Part shown: positions 20,677 through 30,491 of the stretch, one piece after another
Layout: every line of letters starts with the position of its first letter
Numbering within the stretch: the first letter of the stretch is position 1
Origin: an uncultured Gemmatimonadales bacterium
GTDB taxonomy: Bacteria; Gemmatimonadota; Gemmatimonadetes; Gemmatimonadales; GWC2-71-9
Reading direction: 5' to 3'
DNA length: 64,000 bases
Assembly (NCBI GenBank): GCA_963779755.1
Contig: CAVZZO010000003.1
Span: forward strand, 1,472,001 to 1,536,000
Notes under the pieces: generated by a model
Databases searched by the model: none
Told to the model about the DNA's origin: nothing
Seen by the model: only the letters and a program-made list of their open reading frames with translations
Position numbers and translations under genes: made by a program

Positions 20677-20762
20677 ATCCGCCGATTACACAGATTGCGC
20701 GGATTCGCGAATCCGGAAAACCCAAGGAGGCAAATCTGAGTAATCAGCGTAATCTGCGGATT

Positions 20763-20968
20763 CATCCCGCTACCGGGCGGACTTTGTCTGTTCTGAACGG
20801 GTCATCGTGGAACTCAAGGCCCTGAGCGCACTCACCGACGCCGAAACCGCCCAGGTCCTGAACTATCTCAAGGCCAGCGGCCTGAGTCGTGGGTTGTTGA
20901 TCAACTTCGGGGGCCCGAGTCTGCAGTACCGCCGCTTCGTCCTGACCCCGAAAGGCTCAACGGCGTAA
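20763..20968 (+). pseudogene. GxxExxY 3' fragment
   Basis: [22 protein letters not shown] starting right after a repeat arm. Confidence 0.8.
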
Positions 20969-21107
20969 TCGGTGCAATCTGCGGATTGGTGAGGAACCGT
21001 CCCGTCTTGGGATCCTACCGATCCGCCGATTACACAGATTGCGCGGATTCGCGAATCCGGGAAAACCCAAGGAGGCAAATCTGAGTAATCGGCGTCATCG
21101 GCGGATT

Positions 21108-21313
21108 CATCCCGCTACCGGGCGGACTTTGTCTGCTATGATCGGGTCATCGTGGAACTCAAGGCCCTGAGCGCACTCACCGACGCCGAAACCGCCCAGG
21201 TCCTCAACTATCTCAAGGCCAGCGGCCTGCGTCGTGGGTTGTTGATCAACTTCGGGGGCCCGAGTCTGCAGTACCGCCGCTTCGTCCTGACCCCGAAAGG
21301 CTCCTCGGCGTAA
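21108..21313 (+). pseudogene. GxxExxY 3' fragment
   Basis: same break point as the 20763 copy. Confidence 0.8.
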
Positions 21314-21332
21314 TCGGTGCAATCTGCGGATT

Positions 21333-21470
21333 GGTGAGGAACCGTCCCGTCCTGGGATCATACCACCGGTTCCGGAAGTAGGTGAACCCGCCCGTCTGGT
21401 TCGGGGTGCTCCCACCGGTGAAGCCGGTCTCGGTGTTGGTCTGGCCCGCCGAGAGGCTGCCCATCCCCCA
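21333..21470 (-). pseudogene. Rhs core upstream fragment
   Basis: [36 protein letters not shown] identical to the 34883 Rhs, then repeat arm. Confidence 0.85.
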
Positions 21471-21627
21471 CCTGCGAGGAAAAAGGGCCGCCAAAGCCCT
21501 CCTCGATGCCCTCATCCTCAACACCCACGCCAAACGCTGGACCGGTACCGGGTTGAAGAGGGGCCGCTAAAACGAAGAGCCCAGCGCTGAGAGCCCCGGG
21601 CCCATCGCAGCCTCGCTCACAGCCGCT

Positions 21628-21915
21628 CTACTGCGCAGGCGGCTGCAATTTGTCGATGATACCCTCCAGCGCCTTCCCCTCGGGATTCGCATTCCAGTCT
21701 TCATCAAACCCGGCACGCTGAAGCTGATCGGCCACTGCTTCGCGCAAGGCATTCACTTGGGGCCGTGTGAAGCGCACCGGCTGCGTGCGCTCAGCATCGT
21801 CCGCCACGATCTCGCGTATCTCAGCCGACACTTCGCATCGCTCCCTGATCAGCTTGCGCTCGAGGCGCGTGAGGCTCAGCCAGATCTCAGCTGTCACAGC
21901 TTCTCCTAGAGCCAA
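21628..21915 (-). CDS. putative immunity protein
   Basis: follows toxin tip; acidic GFDEDWNANPEG. Confidence 0.6.
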   Translation of the reverse strand: MALGEAVTAEIWLSLTRLERKLIRERCEVSAEIREIVADDAERTQPVRFTRPQVNALREAVADQLQRAGFDEDWNANPEGKALEGIIDKLQPPAQ

Positions 21916-21925
21916 TCGAGTGTGG

Positions 21926-22567
21926 TCACTGACGCCATGCTGTGACTACCTTCCCCAGCAGGTTGATAGCGAAAGCAGCGGTCTGACCAGTGATCCGCAA
22001 GCTCTCTCGCCCCAATTGGTCAACAAGCGGCCCCGTAGTGGTGCCGTTCCGAGCCGCGTCCAGAAGAGCACCGGGGCTCACGCCTCGGTTGATAATCTGG
22101 TTGATGCCGTGCCCCGTGAATCCAGAGATCGCATTGCCGATGAACCGCGAGCCTACTGCGGCCACCGTCGCCCCCGCAGCACTCGCCTGCGTGGCGGCCC
22201 CGCTGGACAGCAGAGCCGAGCCAGCGGCGACTAGACCGTCCACAACCACTGCGCCGGTAACAACAGCCCCTGCAACTGCAGCTACAGCGCAGCCGGTGCT
22301 CTCCTTGCACGACGCGGCTGCGCCCTTGAGATCATTCAGGAGCCCGCCGTTGCCCTGAGCCGCCTCGTGCGCGTAGTAACCCGAGGACCCCTCGGGACAG
22401 TCGTCGTATTCGTCCGTCTTCCCGTCACCACCAGCATCCTCGGGACACAGACCAAATGGGTCAGCAAACGCGACCGGATTCCCCCCCGCGTACGCATACA
22501 GATTGACGCCACCCGCGAGGCCGATGGGATCCTGGGTGAGGAACCGTCCCGTCCTGGGATCATACCA
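21926..22567 (-). pseudogene. orphan Rhs tip, BECR-fold RNase-like toxin
   Basis: AFADPFGLC; HGINQIINRGVS..N..GKVVTAW. Confidence 0.75.
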
Positions 22568-22649
22568 ATCCGCCGATTGCGCAGATCCTTCACCTTACAT
22601 CTTCCAATTTACTCAAGAAGGATTCCACAGACAGCGCCGCGCCGCCTGG

Positions 22650-22971
22650 AGTACCGCCGGATGGTCTTCAGCCCTCCCCGAAGCGGCTGATCTGTCCGCT
22701 GCTCCAGGCCCAACGCGGGGAGCACGCCGTCACCGCGAAGCGGCTGAAGGGCGACCTGGCCGGGCTGGTGGAGATCGTCGACGACTTCGACGGGAATACC
22801 TACCGGGCTGTGTACACCACCAAGCTGGCCGGCGTCGTCTACGTGCTGCACATCTTTCAGAAGAAGGCGACGCACGGCATCGCGACGCCCAAGCGGGAGC
22901 TCGATCTGATCACGACCCGGCTCCGGCGGGCGAGAGAGCATCATACAGCACAGAGAGACCGGGAGACCTGA
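22650..22971 (+). pseudogene. degenerate RelE/HigB (Gp49-like) toxin
   Basis: 3' part paralogous to 27602 ORF (TYRAVYTTKLAGVVYVLH.FQKK); 5' part decayed. Confidence 0.7.
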
Positions 22972-22972
22972 C

Positions 22973-23275
22973 ATGGCGGAACGGATCACGATCACCAAGG
23001 GAAGCGGGAACGTCTTTGCCGATCTAGGGCTGCCCGATGCCGAGGAGCTCCTGGTCAAGGCCACGCTTCTGGCGCGGGCGCTCAAGGTGTCTGCGGACGA
23101 GTTGCTCGGGCTTAAGGCCGTGACAGAGAAGACCACCCCCAAGGCGGCCCGCCTCCTCAAGCGGCTGCAGAAGATCACCGACCTTCCGGCGGCTGATCAG
23201 CGCACCGTACTCAAACTCCTCGACGCCCTCCACGAATCCCGCCAGCGCACCAACCGGCCCCGCGCCACGGGTTAA
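22973..23275 (+). CDS. chimeric HigA-N::XRE-C protein
   Basis: KGSGNVFADLGLP (HigA) fused to LARALKVSADELLGL..LPAADQRTVLKL (XRE). Confidence 0.65.
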   Translation: MAERITITKGSGNVFADLGLPDAEELLVKATLLARALKVSADELLGLKAVTEKTTPKAARLLKRLQKITDLPAADQRTVLKLLDALHESRQRTNRPRATG

Positions 23276-23290
23276 GCCCCAGCAAGAGGA

Positions 23291-23320
23291 AAGCCCGGTC
23301 AGTTGACCGGGCTCCTTTGT
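23291..23320. terminator. hairpin terminator between convergent genes
   Basis: agcccggtca-gt-tgaccgggct then T-rich tract. Confidence 0.6.
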
Positions 23321-23354
23321 TGTCAGTTCATGGAAAGCACGGACCAATCTTCGA

Positions 23355-23945
23355 CTACTGGGCGTTTGCGGGAATCTCAATACTTTCAGCGATGTGCATC
23401 AAGGGCGCGAGAGAATCCGAGTCTGCGACTGCGACGAAGGAGAGAAACGTCAGACTATCAATTTTCCAGTATGCCTGCATATGAACCCCGGTACCGGTTG
23501 CCTGATGGCCCACGAACACTTGGGCGATGAAATCTCTGCCGTTGCTGTTGCCGATGCACCATCCATGGGTGGCCGCCTCAGAGTCCTCCAAGACACGCCG
23601 TACGAGCGCATGTGCCTCCCTGTCAACTGTGATGCCGATGCTTCCGTAGCCATCAAGCATCCAGCTTCTCACGGCGGAATCTCGAGGGAGCGGCTTGGCA
23701 TTGGATGGAAGGGCTAAGCGCACCCCCAACAGGCCAAGAGGCGATGTCTGCCAGTCAAGAGGACTGGATGGGGAGACACTACAGGAATTGAGCTTCGCCC
23801 GTTGGGCACGAGGTGGTTGTTCGGTCCTTGTGCAGTCCATCCCACTGGCGAGGATGAAGCTAATGAGCCCCATCGATATCGCCCTTCGGGACAGCGCATT
23901 TCGGCTGGCCGGCGGACGAATCGCCCGATGCCTAGAACCCACCAT
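23355..23945 (-). CDS. putative exported immunity protein (start uncertain)
   Basis: overlaps toxin end; hydrophobic stretch followed by Cys. Confidence 0.55.
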   Translation of the reverse strand: MVGSRHRAIRPPASRNALSRRAISMGLISFILASGMDCTRTEQPPRAQRAKLNSCSVSPSSPLDWQTSPLGLLGVRLALPSNAKPLPRDSAVRSWMLDGYGSIGITVDREAHALVRRVLEDSEAATHGWCIGNSNGRDFIAQVFVGHQATGTGVHMQAYWKIDSLTFLSFVAVADSDSLAPLMHIAESIEIPANAQ

Positions 23946-24532
23946 GATCGCACCTCGGAGCCTTTCCGCGCTGCGAGTTGTAGACGTTGTCTCCGTGGAC
24001 GATGGCGAACTGCTCACTACGGTTCATGGACTTCCCGAGGGCCACCGGAGCATGATGGAGGAGCTCGTGTGCGAAGACTTGGCCCAAAGTAAACGATTCG
24101 CCCCCGCCGTCACATTTTCCCCATTCCCCAGTGTTATACCCGATCTTATCAGAGTTTCGAAACACCGTGACGGCAAGCGGATCGAACTGCTCCGAGCTCA
24201 TGTCATCTGACAAGTGGAAGTTGAAAGTCACCTTCCCGGTGAAGACCATGTGTCGGAAGGCCGCCTGGATCTCGGCAAACTTCTCATTCCCCCTTGCCTT
24301 GAAGCTCTCAACGCAGTTGGACTTGTCCCAAGTGATGTCCGTGTCCGTGGCATCGCCAGTGGCCTTCTTCGCCTTGTCGAGGTCTTCCGGCGTCTTCCCC
24401 GTAGCGCACACCTTCAGCCCGAACGGATCACTGAACGCTACCGGGTTCGACCCCGCATAGGCATACAGATTGACCCCGCCGGCGAGCCCGATGGGATCCT
24501 GGGTGAGGAAGGATCCCTGGCCGGAATCGTAC
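23932..24532 (-). pseudogene. orphan Rhs tip, HExxH metallopeptidase-like toxin
   Basis: [32 protein letters not shown]. Confidence 0.8.
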
Positions 24533-24548
24533 CCTCAGGCTGTTCGAC

Positions 24549-24947
24549 CTAACGCCAAGCCACGGTCGTGATCTCGGGCGCCAAGGCAAAATGGGAGTCG
24601 CGAGTGGCGAGCGCGAGATCATGCTCCAGCGCCAGCGCCGCGATCCAGATGTCGTTCTCGGGAATCGGGGTTCCGCGGGCTCGCAGACCGGCCTTCACTT
24701 CCCCATACCGCTGTGCGGTCTCCACTCCGCACGGCAGCACGGCGGCAATCCGGCTCAACTGCTCGATGGCCTGGAGGTTCTGGGCCGGACGGGCGGACTT
24801 CTGGGCCCCGTAGTACAACTCCCCGAGCGCGATGGCCGGCACGAACACTGCCGCCGCGCCCGCTACCGCCGCCGTGACCGCCTGCTCGTCGGCGAGAAGG
24901 GCAATGAGAATATTGGTGTCGAGAAGGTACCTACCAGCCGGCGGCAT
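24549..24947 (-). CDS. vapC: PIN-domain toxin
   Basis: LLDTNILI, GELYYGA, PENDIWIAA, TRDSHF. Confidence 0.92.
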   Translation of the reverse strand: MPPAGRYLLDTNILIALLADEQAVTAAVAGAAAVFVPAIALGELYYGAQKSARPAQNLQAIEQLSRIAAVLPCGVETAQRYGEVKAGLRARGTPIPENDIWIAALALEHDLALATRDSHFALAPEITTVAWR

Positions 24948-25146
24948 CAGTCCGCTCGCAGTCGGCCTCGATCGCCGCGGCCATTCGCCCTAGGTCGTCA
25001 GGCGGAATCGCTCCGGACAATGCGAGCAGGGGACCGCGGGCGCTTGCCTGCTCCAACACCCGGATGTAGGCAAGCGCCCGCTCCTGGTCGGGCGGAGGAA
25101 GCCGCCGTACCCGGGCGGCGAGGTCATCGGATGGCGATGCGGTCAT
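24931..25146 (-). CDS. antitoxin upstream of vapC
   Basis: [26 protein letters not shown]; overlaps vapC start. Confidence 0.65.
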   Translation of the reverse strand: MTASPSDDLAARVRRLPPPDQERALAYIRVLEQASARGPLLALSGAIPPDDLGRMAAAIEADCERTDAAGW

Positions 25147-25210
25147 CAGGCCTCCTTGTTCCCCGGAATATAATCTCCCGCGGGCCAGCGCCCTCGCCCA
25201 GAGGGCGCGG

Positions 25211-25869
25211 TGCATGGCGGAGACGCTGCGCCGGTGGGTACGGCAGGCGGAACGGGATGCCGGGCAGCGGCCGGGGCTGACCACCGAGGAGCAGCAGCGG
25301 CTCAAGGCGCTGGAGCGGGAGAATCGGGAACTGCGCCGGGCCAATGAGATTCTGCGGAAGACGTCGGCGTTTTTTGCCCAGGCGGAGCTCGACCGCCGCG
25401 GGCCGTGATGCCGGAGTTCATGACGCCCACCGGGAGACGTACGGAGTCGAGCCGATCTGTACGCAGACTGCCGCGCTCCAGGACCGGGACACCGATGCGG
25501 GGCTGATTCATCAGAGCGATCACGGGGTGCGGTACCTCTCAATCCGGCACACCGAGCCCTTGGCGGAGGCCGGGATCTAACCCTCGGTCGGGAGCCGGGG
25601 GGATTCCTACGACAACGCCCTGGCGGAAACGGTACTCGGGCTGTTCAAGACGGAACTCATCCGCCAGGCCGGCCCCTGGCGCGGGCTGGACGACGTCGAG
25701 TACGCCACGCTGGAGTGGGTGGCCTGGTTCAACACCCAGCGCCTGCTGGAACCCCTGGGCTATCTTCCCCCCGCGGAGTCGAGGAGCAGTTTCACCGTAC
25801 CGCATCGGCTCAACTCACTGATGGGGTACTCGCGTGTAACCGAGTCTCCGGAAAAGCCGGGGCGATTCA
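25211..25869 (+). mobile_element. IS3-family remnant: OrfA C-half, internally deleted OrfB, right IR
   Basis: [60 protein letters not shown]. Confidence 0.85.
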
Positions 25870-25911
25870 CCGAGGCGATTCAGTCCACGAAATCGGGGCC
25901 GGACCACCGAG

Positions 25912-26214
25912 CTATGCTCGACCCGCCTTCCCCGGCCGTTTGCGCCGCGCGCGGGCCTTTGGTGTTCCGGCTGCCACCTCGAGTTTGTCACCGGGGGCAG
26001 GAGTGGCATCCGGCACCTTGCCCAAGGCCTTCAGATAGGCCGGCCGGGACCCGCGCTTCGCCCGGGCCCCCAGGTACTCTTCGGTCAGCAGCGCCGCCAG
26101 CTTCTCCGCCACCGCGGTGCTCACAAACTGGTTCAGCGAAATCCCCTCCCGCTCGGCGAGTTCCCGGGCGCGGGCGTGAAGGGAGTTCGGCAATCTGAGA
26201 CTCAGAGCGCTCAT
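25912..26214 (-). CDS. RHH/HicB-like antitoxin
   Basis: MSALSLRLPNSLH..EGISLNQFV. Confidence 0.8.
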   Translation of the reverse strand: MSALSLRLPNSLHARARELAEREGISLNQFVSTAVAEKLAALLTEEYLGARAKRGSRPAYLKALGKVPDATPAPGDKLEVAAGTPKARARRKRPGKAGRA

Positions 26215-26636
26215 AGCATTCCTCCGATCTGTTCGAGAAAGGCAACCGGAGATACCGGTGTCACCCCGAAGCGCTCGCTCCCCGCGAAGTCCCGGTGGTT
26301 GAAGGTGAGAATCCGGTTGCATTGCCCGTTGACCGCCGCTTCCAGGACCATGTCATCCCTGGGGTCCGGCAACACGGGCCGCCACAGGAAGTGGATCGGC
26401 TGGTGTTCGCCCGCGGCACAGAGGTAGTCGAGGACGGCGTCAACCTCCGCCTTGGAGAGCTGGTGCCCAGCCCCGCGACGCTTCAGCACCTCTTCATACT
26501 CCAGCACCAGAGGGACCGACACCACGTGTGCGAACCGCTTGGTACCGACCAGGGTCAGCAGCTGGTATGACGCGCCGCGCTGCGAGCGCAGGCCGGCCAC
26601 CAGGACATTGGTATCGAGCACGACCCGTGGCACCAT
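26211..26636 (-). CDS. PIN-family putative toxin (toxin-first TA)
   Basis: VLDTNVLVAG, DPRDDMVLEAA, TFNHRDF. Confidence 0.88.
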   Translation of the reverse strand: MVPRVVLDTNVLVAGLRSQRGASYQLLTLVGTKRFAHVVSVPLVLEYEEVLKRRGAGHQLSKAEVDAVLDYLCAAGEHQPIHFLWRPVLPDPRDDMVLEAAVNGQCNRILTFNHRDFAGSERFGVTPVSPVAFLEQIGGML

Positions 26637-26641
26637 GCGGT

Positions 26642-26670
26642 ATTATAGGTGATACCGCATCAGCTGGCAA
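26642..26670 (-). promoter_or_regulatory. sigma-70 promoter, probably leaderless mRNA
   Basis: TTGCCA-17 nt-TATAAT ending a few nt before ATG 26636. Confidence 0.7.
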
Positions 26671-26959
26671 ACGCCCGCCGCGGATGACGGCGACGATCGC
26701 AGTACCTGCTCACGACGCGGGTCGAATCGCAGGCACTTCCTGCCCGCCCTTACGACAGCCTGACCTACGCCTTCGACCGCCGGGGCAATCTGCTGGTCCC
26801 GGCCGAAGCGCGTGGGGCCGGCAAAGGAGGGTATGTCCTCTGTCGCCGGCAAGACTGCGGCAGCTATCCTGAAGAAGGCAAGTACACTGGATTGGAGGAC
26901 AGACGATGGAAGATCATGCCCGGCCTCCATCTCTGAATCGTTGCGTAGGGCTCGTCCAG

Positions 26960-27130
26960 GAGCGCAATGGGCCGCGATCCGGTCCGCTGCGACCAAGCTG
27001 GGTGCACTGCGGAGACATTTCGACAGATCCGCAGATTGCACAGATGGGGCCGGACGGCATCCGCGGATTGCGCAGATGGGCAGCAACGCCTCCGCCTTCA
27101 GGCAGGACGATTCCGCAGATGCAGGATGGC
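26960..27130 (+). other. IS3 OrfA scrap followed by three 9-bp-periodic repeat arms
   Basis: QWAAIRSAATKLG(C)TAET; atccgcagattgcacagat, atccgcggattgcgcagat. Confidence 0.6.
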
Positions 27131-27273
27131 CCCGATTCCGCGCCAACCGGGTACCAGGTGCCCGGAACAGATCACTGCTCTTGCTCCATGATCGGTCGGC
27201 ACGACCCGGCTCCCGGCGCCCGAATAGTGCCGAAAGCCGCGGCTAGCGAAGAAGACGAGCGCCGCGCGTGGAC

Positions 27274-27600
27274 TCAGGCGACGACGCGGAGCCGGCCCCG
27301 TCCCCGGCGTCGCGCGGGCTTCCGGATCACGATGTCAATATCGCGGCCCAGGGCGCGGAGAAAGCCGATCAGCCGCTCGGTGGAGTAGTCCGCGAGCCGG
27401 CCATGGAGGATGTGGGAGACCTTGGGCTGGTCCACCCCCATGAGCTTGGCCGCAGCCCGCTGGGTCAGGCCCCGCCGCTCGATAATCTCGCCGATCTGGA
27501 CCGCCAGCATCGCCTTGGCCAGCCGTTCCTCGGGGTTCGGCAGCCCGAGATCCGCAAAGACGTTGCCGCTCCCTTTGGTGATCTTGATCCGTCCCGCCAT
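27274..27600 (-). CDS. higA: HigA-like XRE antitoxin
   Basis: GSGNVFADLG, LTQRAAAKLMGVDQPKVS, STERL. Confidence 0.85.
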   Translation of the reverse strand: MAGRIKITKGSGNVFADLGLPNPEERLAKAMLAVQIGEIIERRGLTQRAAAKLMGVDQPKVSHILHGRLADYSTERLIGFLRALGRDIDIVIRKPARRRGRGRLRVVA

Positions 27601-27601
27601 C

Positions 27602-27964
27602 TCACTCCTCCGCGTGTCGGTGCGCCGCGTGATGCTCCCGGGCCCGCCGGAGCCGGGCCTTGATCAGCGCGAGCTCCCGCTTGGGCGTCGCAATGCCGTG
27701 GATCGCCTTCTTCTGAAAGACGTGCAGCACGTAGACGACGCCGGCCAGCTTGGTGGTGTACACCGCTCGATACGTGCTCCCATCGTAATCCTCGACGACT
27801 TCCACCAGCCCGTGCAGATCCCCCTTGAGCCGCTTGGCCGCCGGATGCTGCCTCCCGATCTGGGCCTGATAGAGCGCGTAGCCCACGGTGTCCTGGATCG
27901 GGTCCGGACAGGCGCGGAGATCGTCGAGGCTCGAGCCCATCCAGTGCACCGGGGTGAGCGGCAT
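27602..27964 (-). CDS. higB: RelE/HigB (Gp49-like) toxin
   Basis: WMGSSLDDL, GYALYQAQ, YVLHVFQKK. Confidence 0.85.
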   Translation of the reverse strand: MPLTPVHWMGSSLDDLRACPDPIQDTVGYALYQAQIGRQHPAAKRLKGDLHGLVEVVEDYDGSTYRAVYTTKLAGVVYVLHVFQKKAIHGIATPKRELALIKARLRRAREHHAAHRHAEE

Positions 27965-28072
27965 GATAGAATATGCGGATACTGGCATGTAGGCGCCAGT
28001 CCCCGCTCCGCCGGATGGGTCCGGCCATGCACCGCCTTGAGCTGGGCGATGGCCACCCGGGTGTAGAGCGCC

Positions 28073-28420
28073 GTGGTGGCGGAGATTCGCCAGCGCCGGG
28101 GGCTGACCCCGGAAGAATTAGGGAAAGCGGTGGGCGTGTCGAACCGGGTGGTGGCCTACTACGAGGGACACACCGCGCAGCCGCCCGGGGCCATGCTGGC
28201 CGATTTGGCCCGCGCCCTCAAAGTCTCGGCCGACGAATTACTCGGTTTGAAGCCCACCACAGACAAACAGCCGCCCAAAACGGCGCGGCTGCTCAACCGC
28301 CTCCAAAAGGTGGCTGACTTACCGGCCGCCGATCAGCGCACCGTCCTCAAGCTCATCGAGGCACTCGCAGAGGCGCGGCGGTCGGCGCGACCTCGCAAAA
28401 AGGCCCGCGCAGCCAGCTGA
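28073..28420 (+). CDS. XRE-family transcriptional regulator (start uncertain)
   Basis: RQRRGLTPEELGKAVGVS..YYE HTH; LPAADQRTVLKLI. Confidence 0.8.
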   Translation: MVAEIRQRRGLTPEELGKAVGVSNRVVAYYEGHTAQPPGAMLADLARALKVSADELLGLKPTTDKQPPKTARLLNRLQKVADLPAADQRTVLKLIEALAEARRSARPRKKARAAS

Positions 28421-28492
28421 CGGAAGGAGAGAGAGCCTGGTCACCACGACCAAGCTCTCAGGGCTAACGGCCCGCAGCCGAGTGGTGGTAGA

Positions 28493-28792
28493 TCATTCGG
28501 GAACATCTGATGCAGCAAACAATACGAGCTCGGGACCCTCGTGGGCCTTCTCCGGCTGACCAACGAGCTTGCTGTCGGCAGGCAAGTGCACATGTAGCGT
28601 CTTAGTGTAGCCGCCCACTGCGAGGCGGGCAAACACCTCAGCAAGGTAGCGCAAGCCAGCGGAATTGCCCCACACATAGAAGTCGCCGTCCTTGACTTCA
28701 ACCAAGTAGTTGCCTCCGGTGCGGAGCAACTGATTAGGCAGATCGATCTGATTCGGGTCCTTCACGTCAAACTTTATCTCAAGGCTAGGCAT
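28493..28792 (-). CDS. immunity protein, Imm32-like
   Basis: GNSAGLRYLA..LA..HVHL pattern; follows toxin. Confidence 0.65.
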   Translation of the reverse strand: MPSLEIKFDVKDPNQIDLPNQLLRTGGNYLVEVKDGDFYVWGNSAGLRYLAEVFARLAVGGYTKTLHVHLPADSKLVGQPEKAHEGPELVLFAASDVPE

Positions 28793-28809
28793 TTCCTTCT
28801 CCCGAATTG

Positions 28810-29460
28810 CTATGGCTGAACATGGCTGTTGCTGTAGGAGCCGTCAGCTCCCCACACCTCGACATTCCCGTGAAGCTGAGGAGAGCCCCCACGAGTTAGC
28901 GGGTGCGTCTCCACGCGAATGTCTACCTTTGTGCCGTCAGGAAAAACAATCGCTACTCCCTGACCGCCTCTGGTAGCATGCGGCTCAACTGTGGCCCCTG
29001 CATCCGATACTGCCTGAACAATCTGCTCGTTGGTAACCTGTGAAGAGCCGTCCCCCAACGAGCCGATAGTTCTACCGAGGACTGTTCCTTCCGCAGCACC
29101 AACCACCTTGTTCAGTACCGCACCCGCCACCTTGATCCCGCCGAAGAGAAGGGCGACGTCCTTAGCTCCCCCGGAAATGTCCCCACTTCCGATCTTGTCG
29201 CCGGCAGCAGCCGCGAAGTTAACCCCAAGAGCCTCAAGGCCAGCGTTAGCGGCGGCGCCTGTCCACAATGCGGCCTTACCGACTATGCCGCCTCGAGAAG
29301 CACCCCAGTTGGCTAATCCTTGGGCGAGGCATTCTGTCCACGCCGACGACCCCTTGCATGGGTCCAGCCCAAACGGATCACGAAACGCAACCGGATTCCC
29401 CCCCGCATACGCATACAGATTGACCCCACCGGCGAGCCCGATGGGATCCTGGGTGAGAAA
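28810..29460 (-). pseudogene. orphan Rhs tip with His-rich putative nuclease end
   Basis: FLTQDP..FRDPFGL; RVETH..HGNVE..NSH. Confidence 0.8.
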
Positions 29461-29688
29461 ACACCTGATAGCGTTTCCCGCCTACGATCCCGCGCTCCTA
29501 AGCCGCTTCAGTTGTTCAGTTTAGCCGCTCCGCTCTTGCCGATCTTGATCATAAGATGCACCCGAAAAGGCCGGGACGTGAGTTTCGGGGCCGACTCCGC
29601 CGTCCTCTACCGGCGTCAAGGTACTTCATGCGGTGCGTGGCCGAATCGTGAGTGCGCGGGCAGCCAGTTCGCTGGAGGATCGTTCATG

Positions 29689-30099
29689 CTAGATGGTGGC
29701 CTTCTCACGGGGGATGGGCTTCGAGAGTAGGCTGTACGTGAGAAGACCGACGATAACTCCTGGGCCAAGCCGTATGAGGTAGTCCAATCGGACAAGGAGC
29801 AGCAGGACAGAAAGAGTGACTGGGCTTGACACGATCCAGGCGACGCGACGACCGAGCGCGGACCACCTCCGGCTGACCCTGAGTATCAGCAGCTGATGGA
29901 GGATGCTGCCCACTGAAACCGGCAAGAGCGCGACCAATAGGGGGAGAAGGAGGTCGCCAAACGAGGAAACCTCCGTTGGGCCAGGGAGAAAGCGCTCACT
30001 GATCACGAGGGTGAGGACAGCCAGTGGCAGCGCGACGAAATCCATGATCGCCACATTGCGCACCAGCTGCCTCATCTGGTGGTCGTCCAGTTTTCTCAC
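29689..30099 (-). CDS. membrane immunity-like protein
   Basis: about 4 TM segments, follows toxin. Confidence 0.6.
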   Translation of the reverse strand: MRKLDDHQMRQLVRNVAIMDFVALPLAVLTLVISERFLPGPTEVSSFGDLLLPLLVALLPVSVGSILHQLLILRVSRRWSALGRRVAWIVSSPVTLSVLLLLVRLDYLIRLGPGVIVGLLTYSLLSKPIPREKATI

Positions 30100-30491
30100 C
30101 CAACACTCCCTGAAAGCACTCTAAGGCTTAGCCTCATTCTTAATTCGATCAACTCCACAGGCCAAGGCACACAGTGAGGTCGAGGATTCCGTTTGCTGTA
30201 GGACAGTGTGCGCCTTGCCGTCGGCGTCGTAATAGTATGCTTCAAGAGAAGGGTAGTGACTCGCGAACCCGTCAACGCTGTAGCTTCCGCTCCCGTTTGG
30301 CTTGAATTCCAAATACCCAGCGACGCCTGGTACCGTTGTCTTCGAATCGTGTCCCTCAAGCGAGATGGTAATCTTCCCGTCTGGGCCGAATGACGCCCCG
30401 ATTTGATTGAAGGGCGACGGACTCTTGCTGCATGACCCACCCGACGTACATGAAGGGGAGAATCCATGTGTGATCTCGCGCTGGTTCTTAG

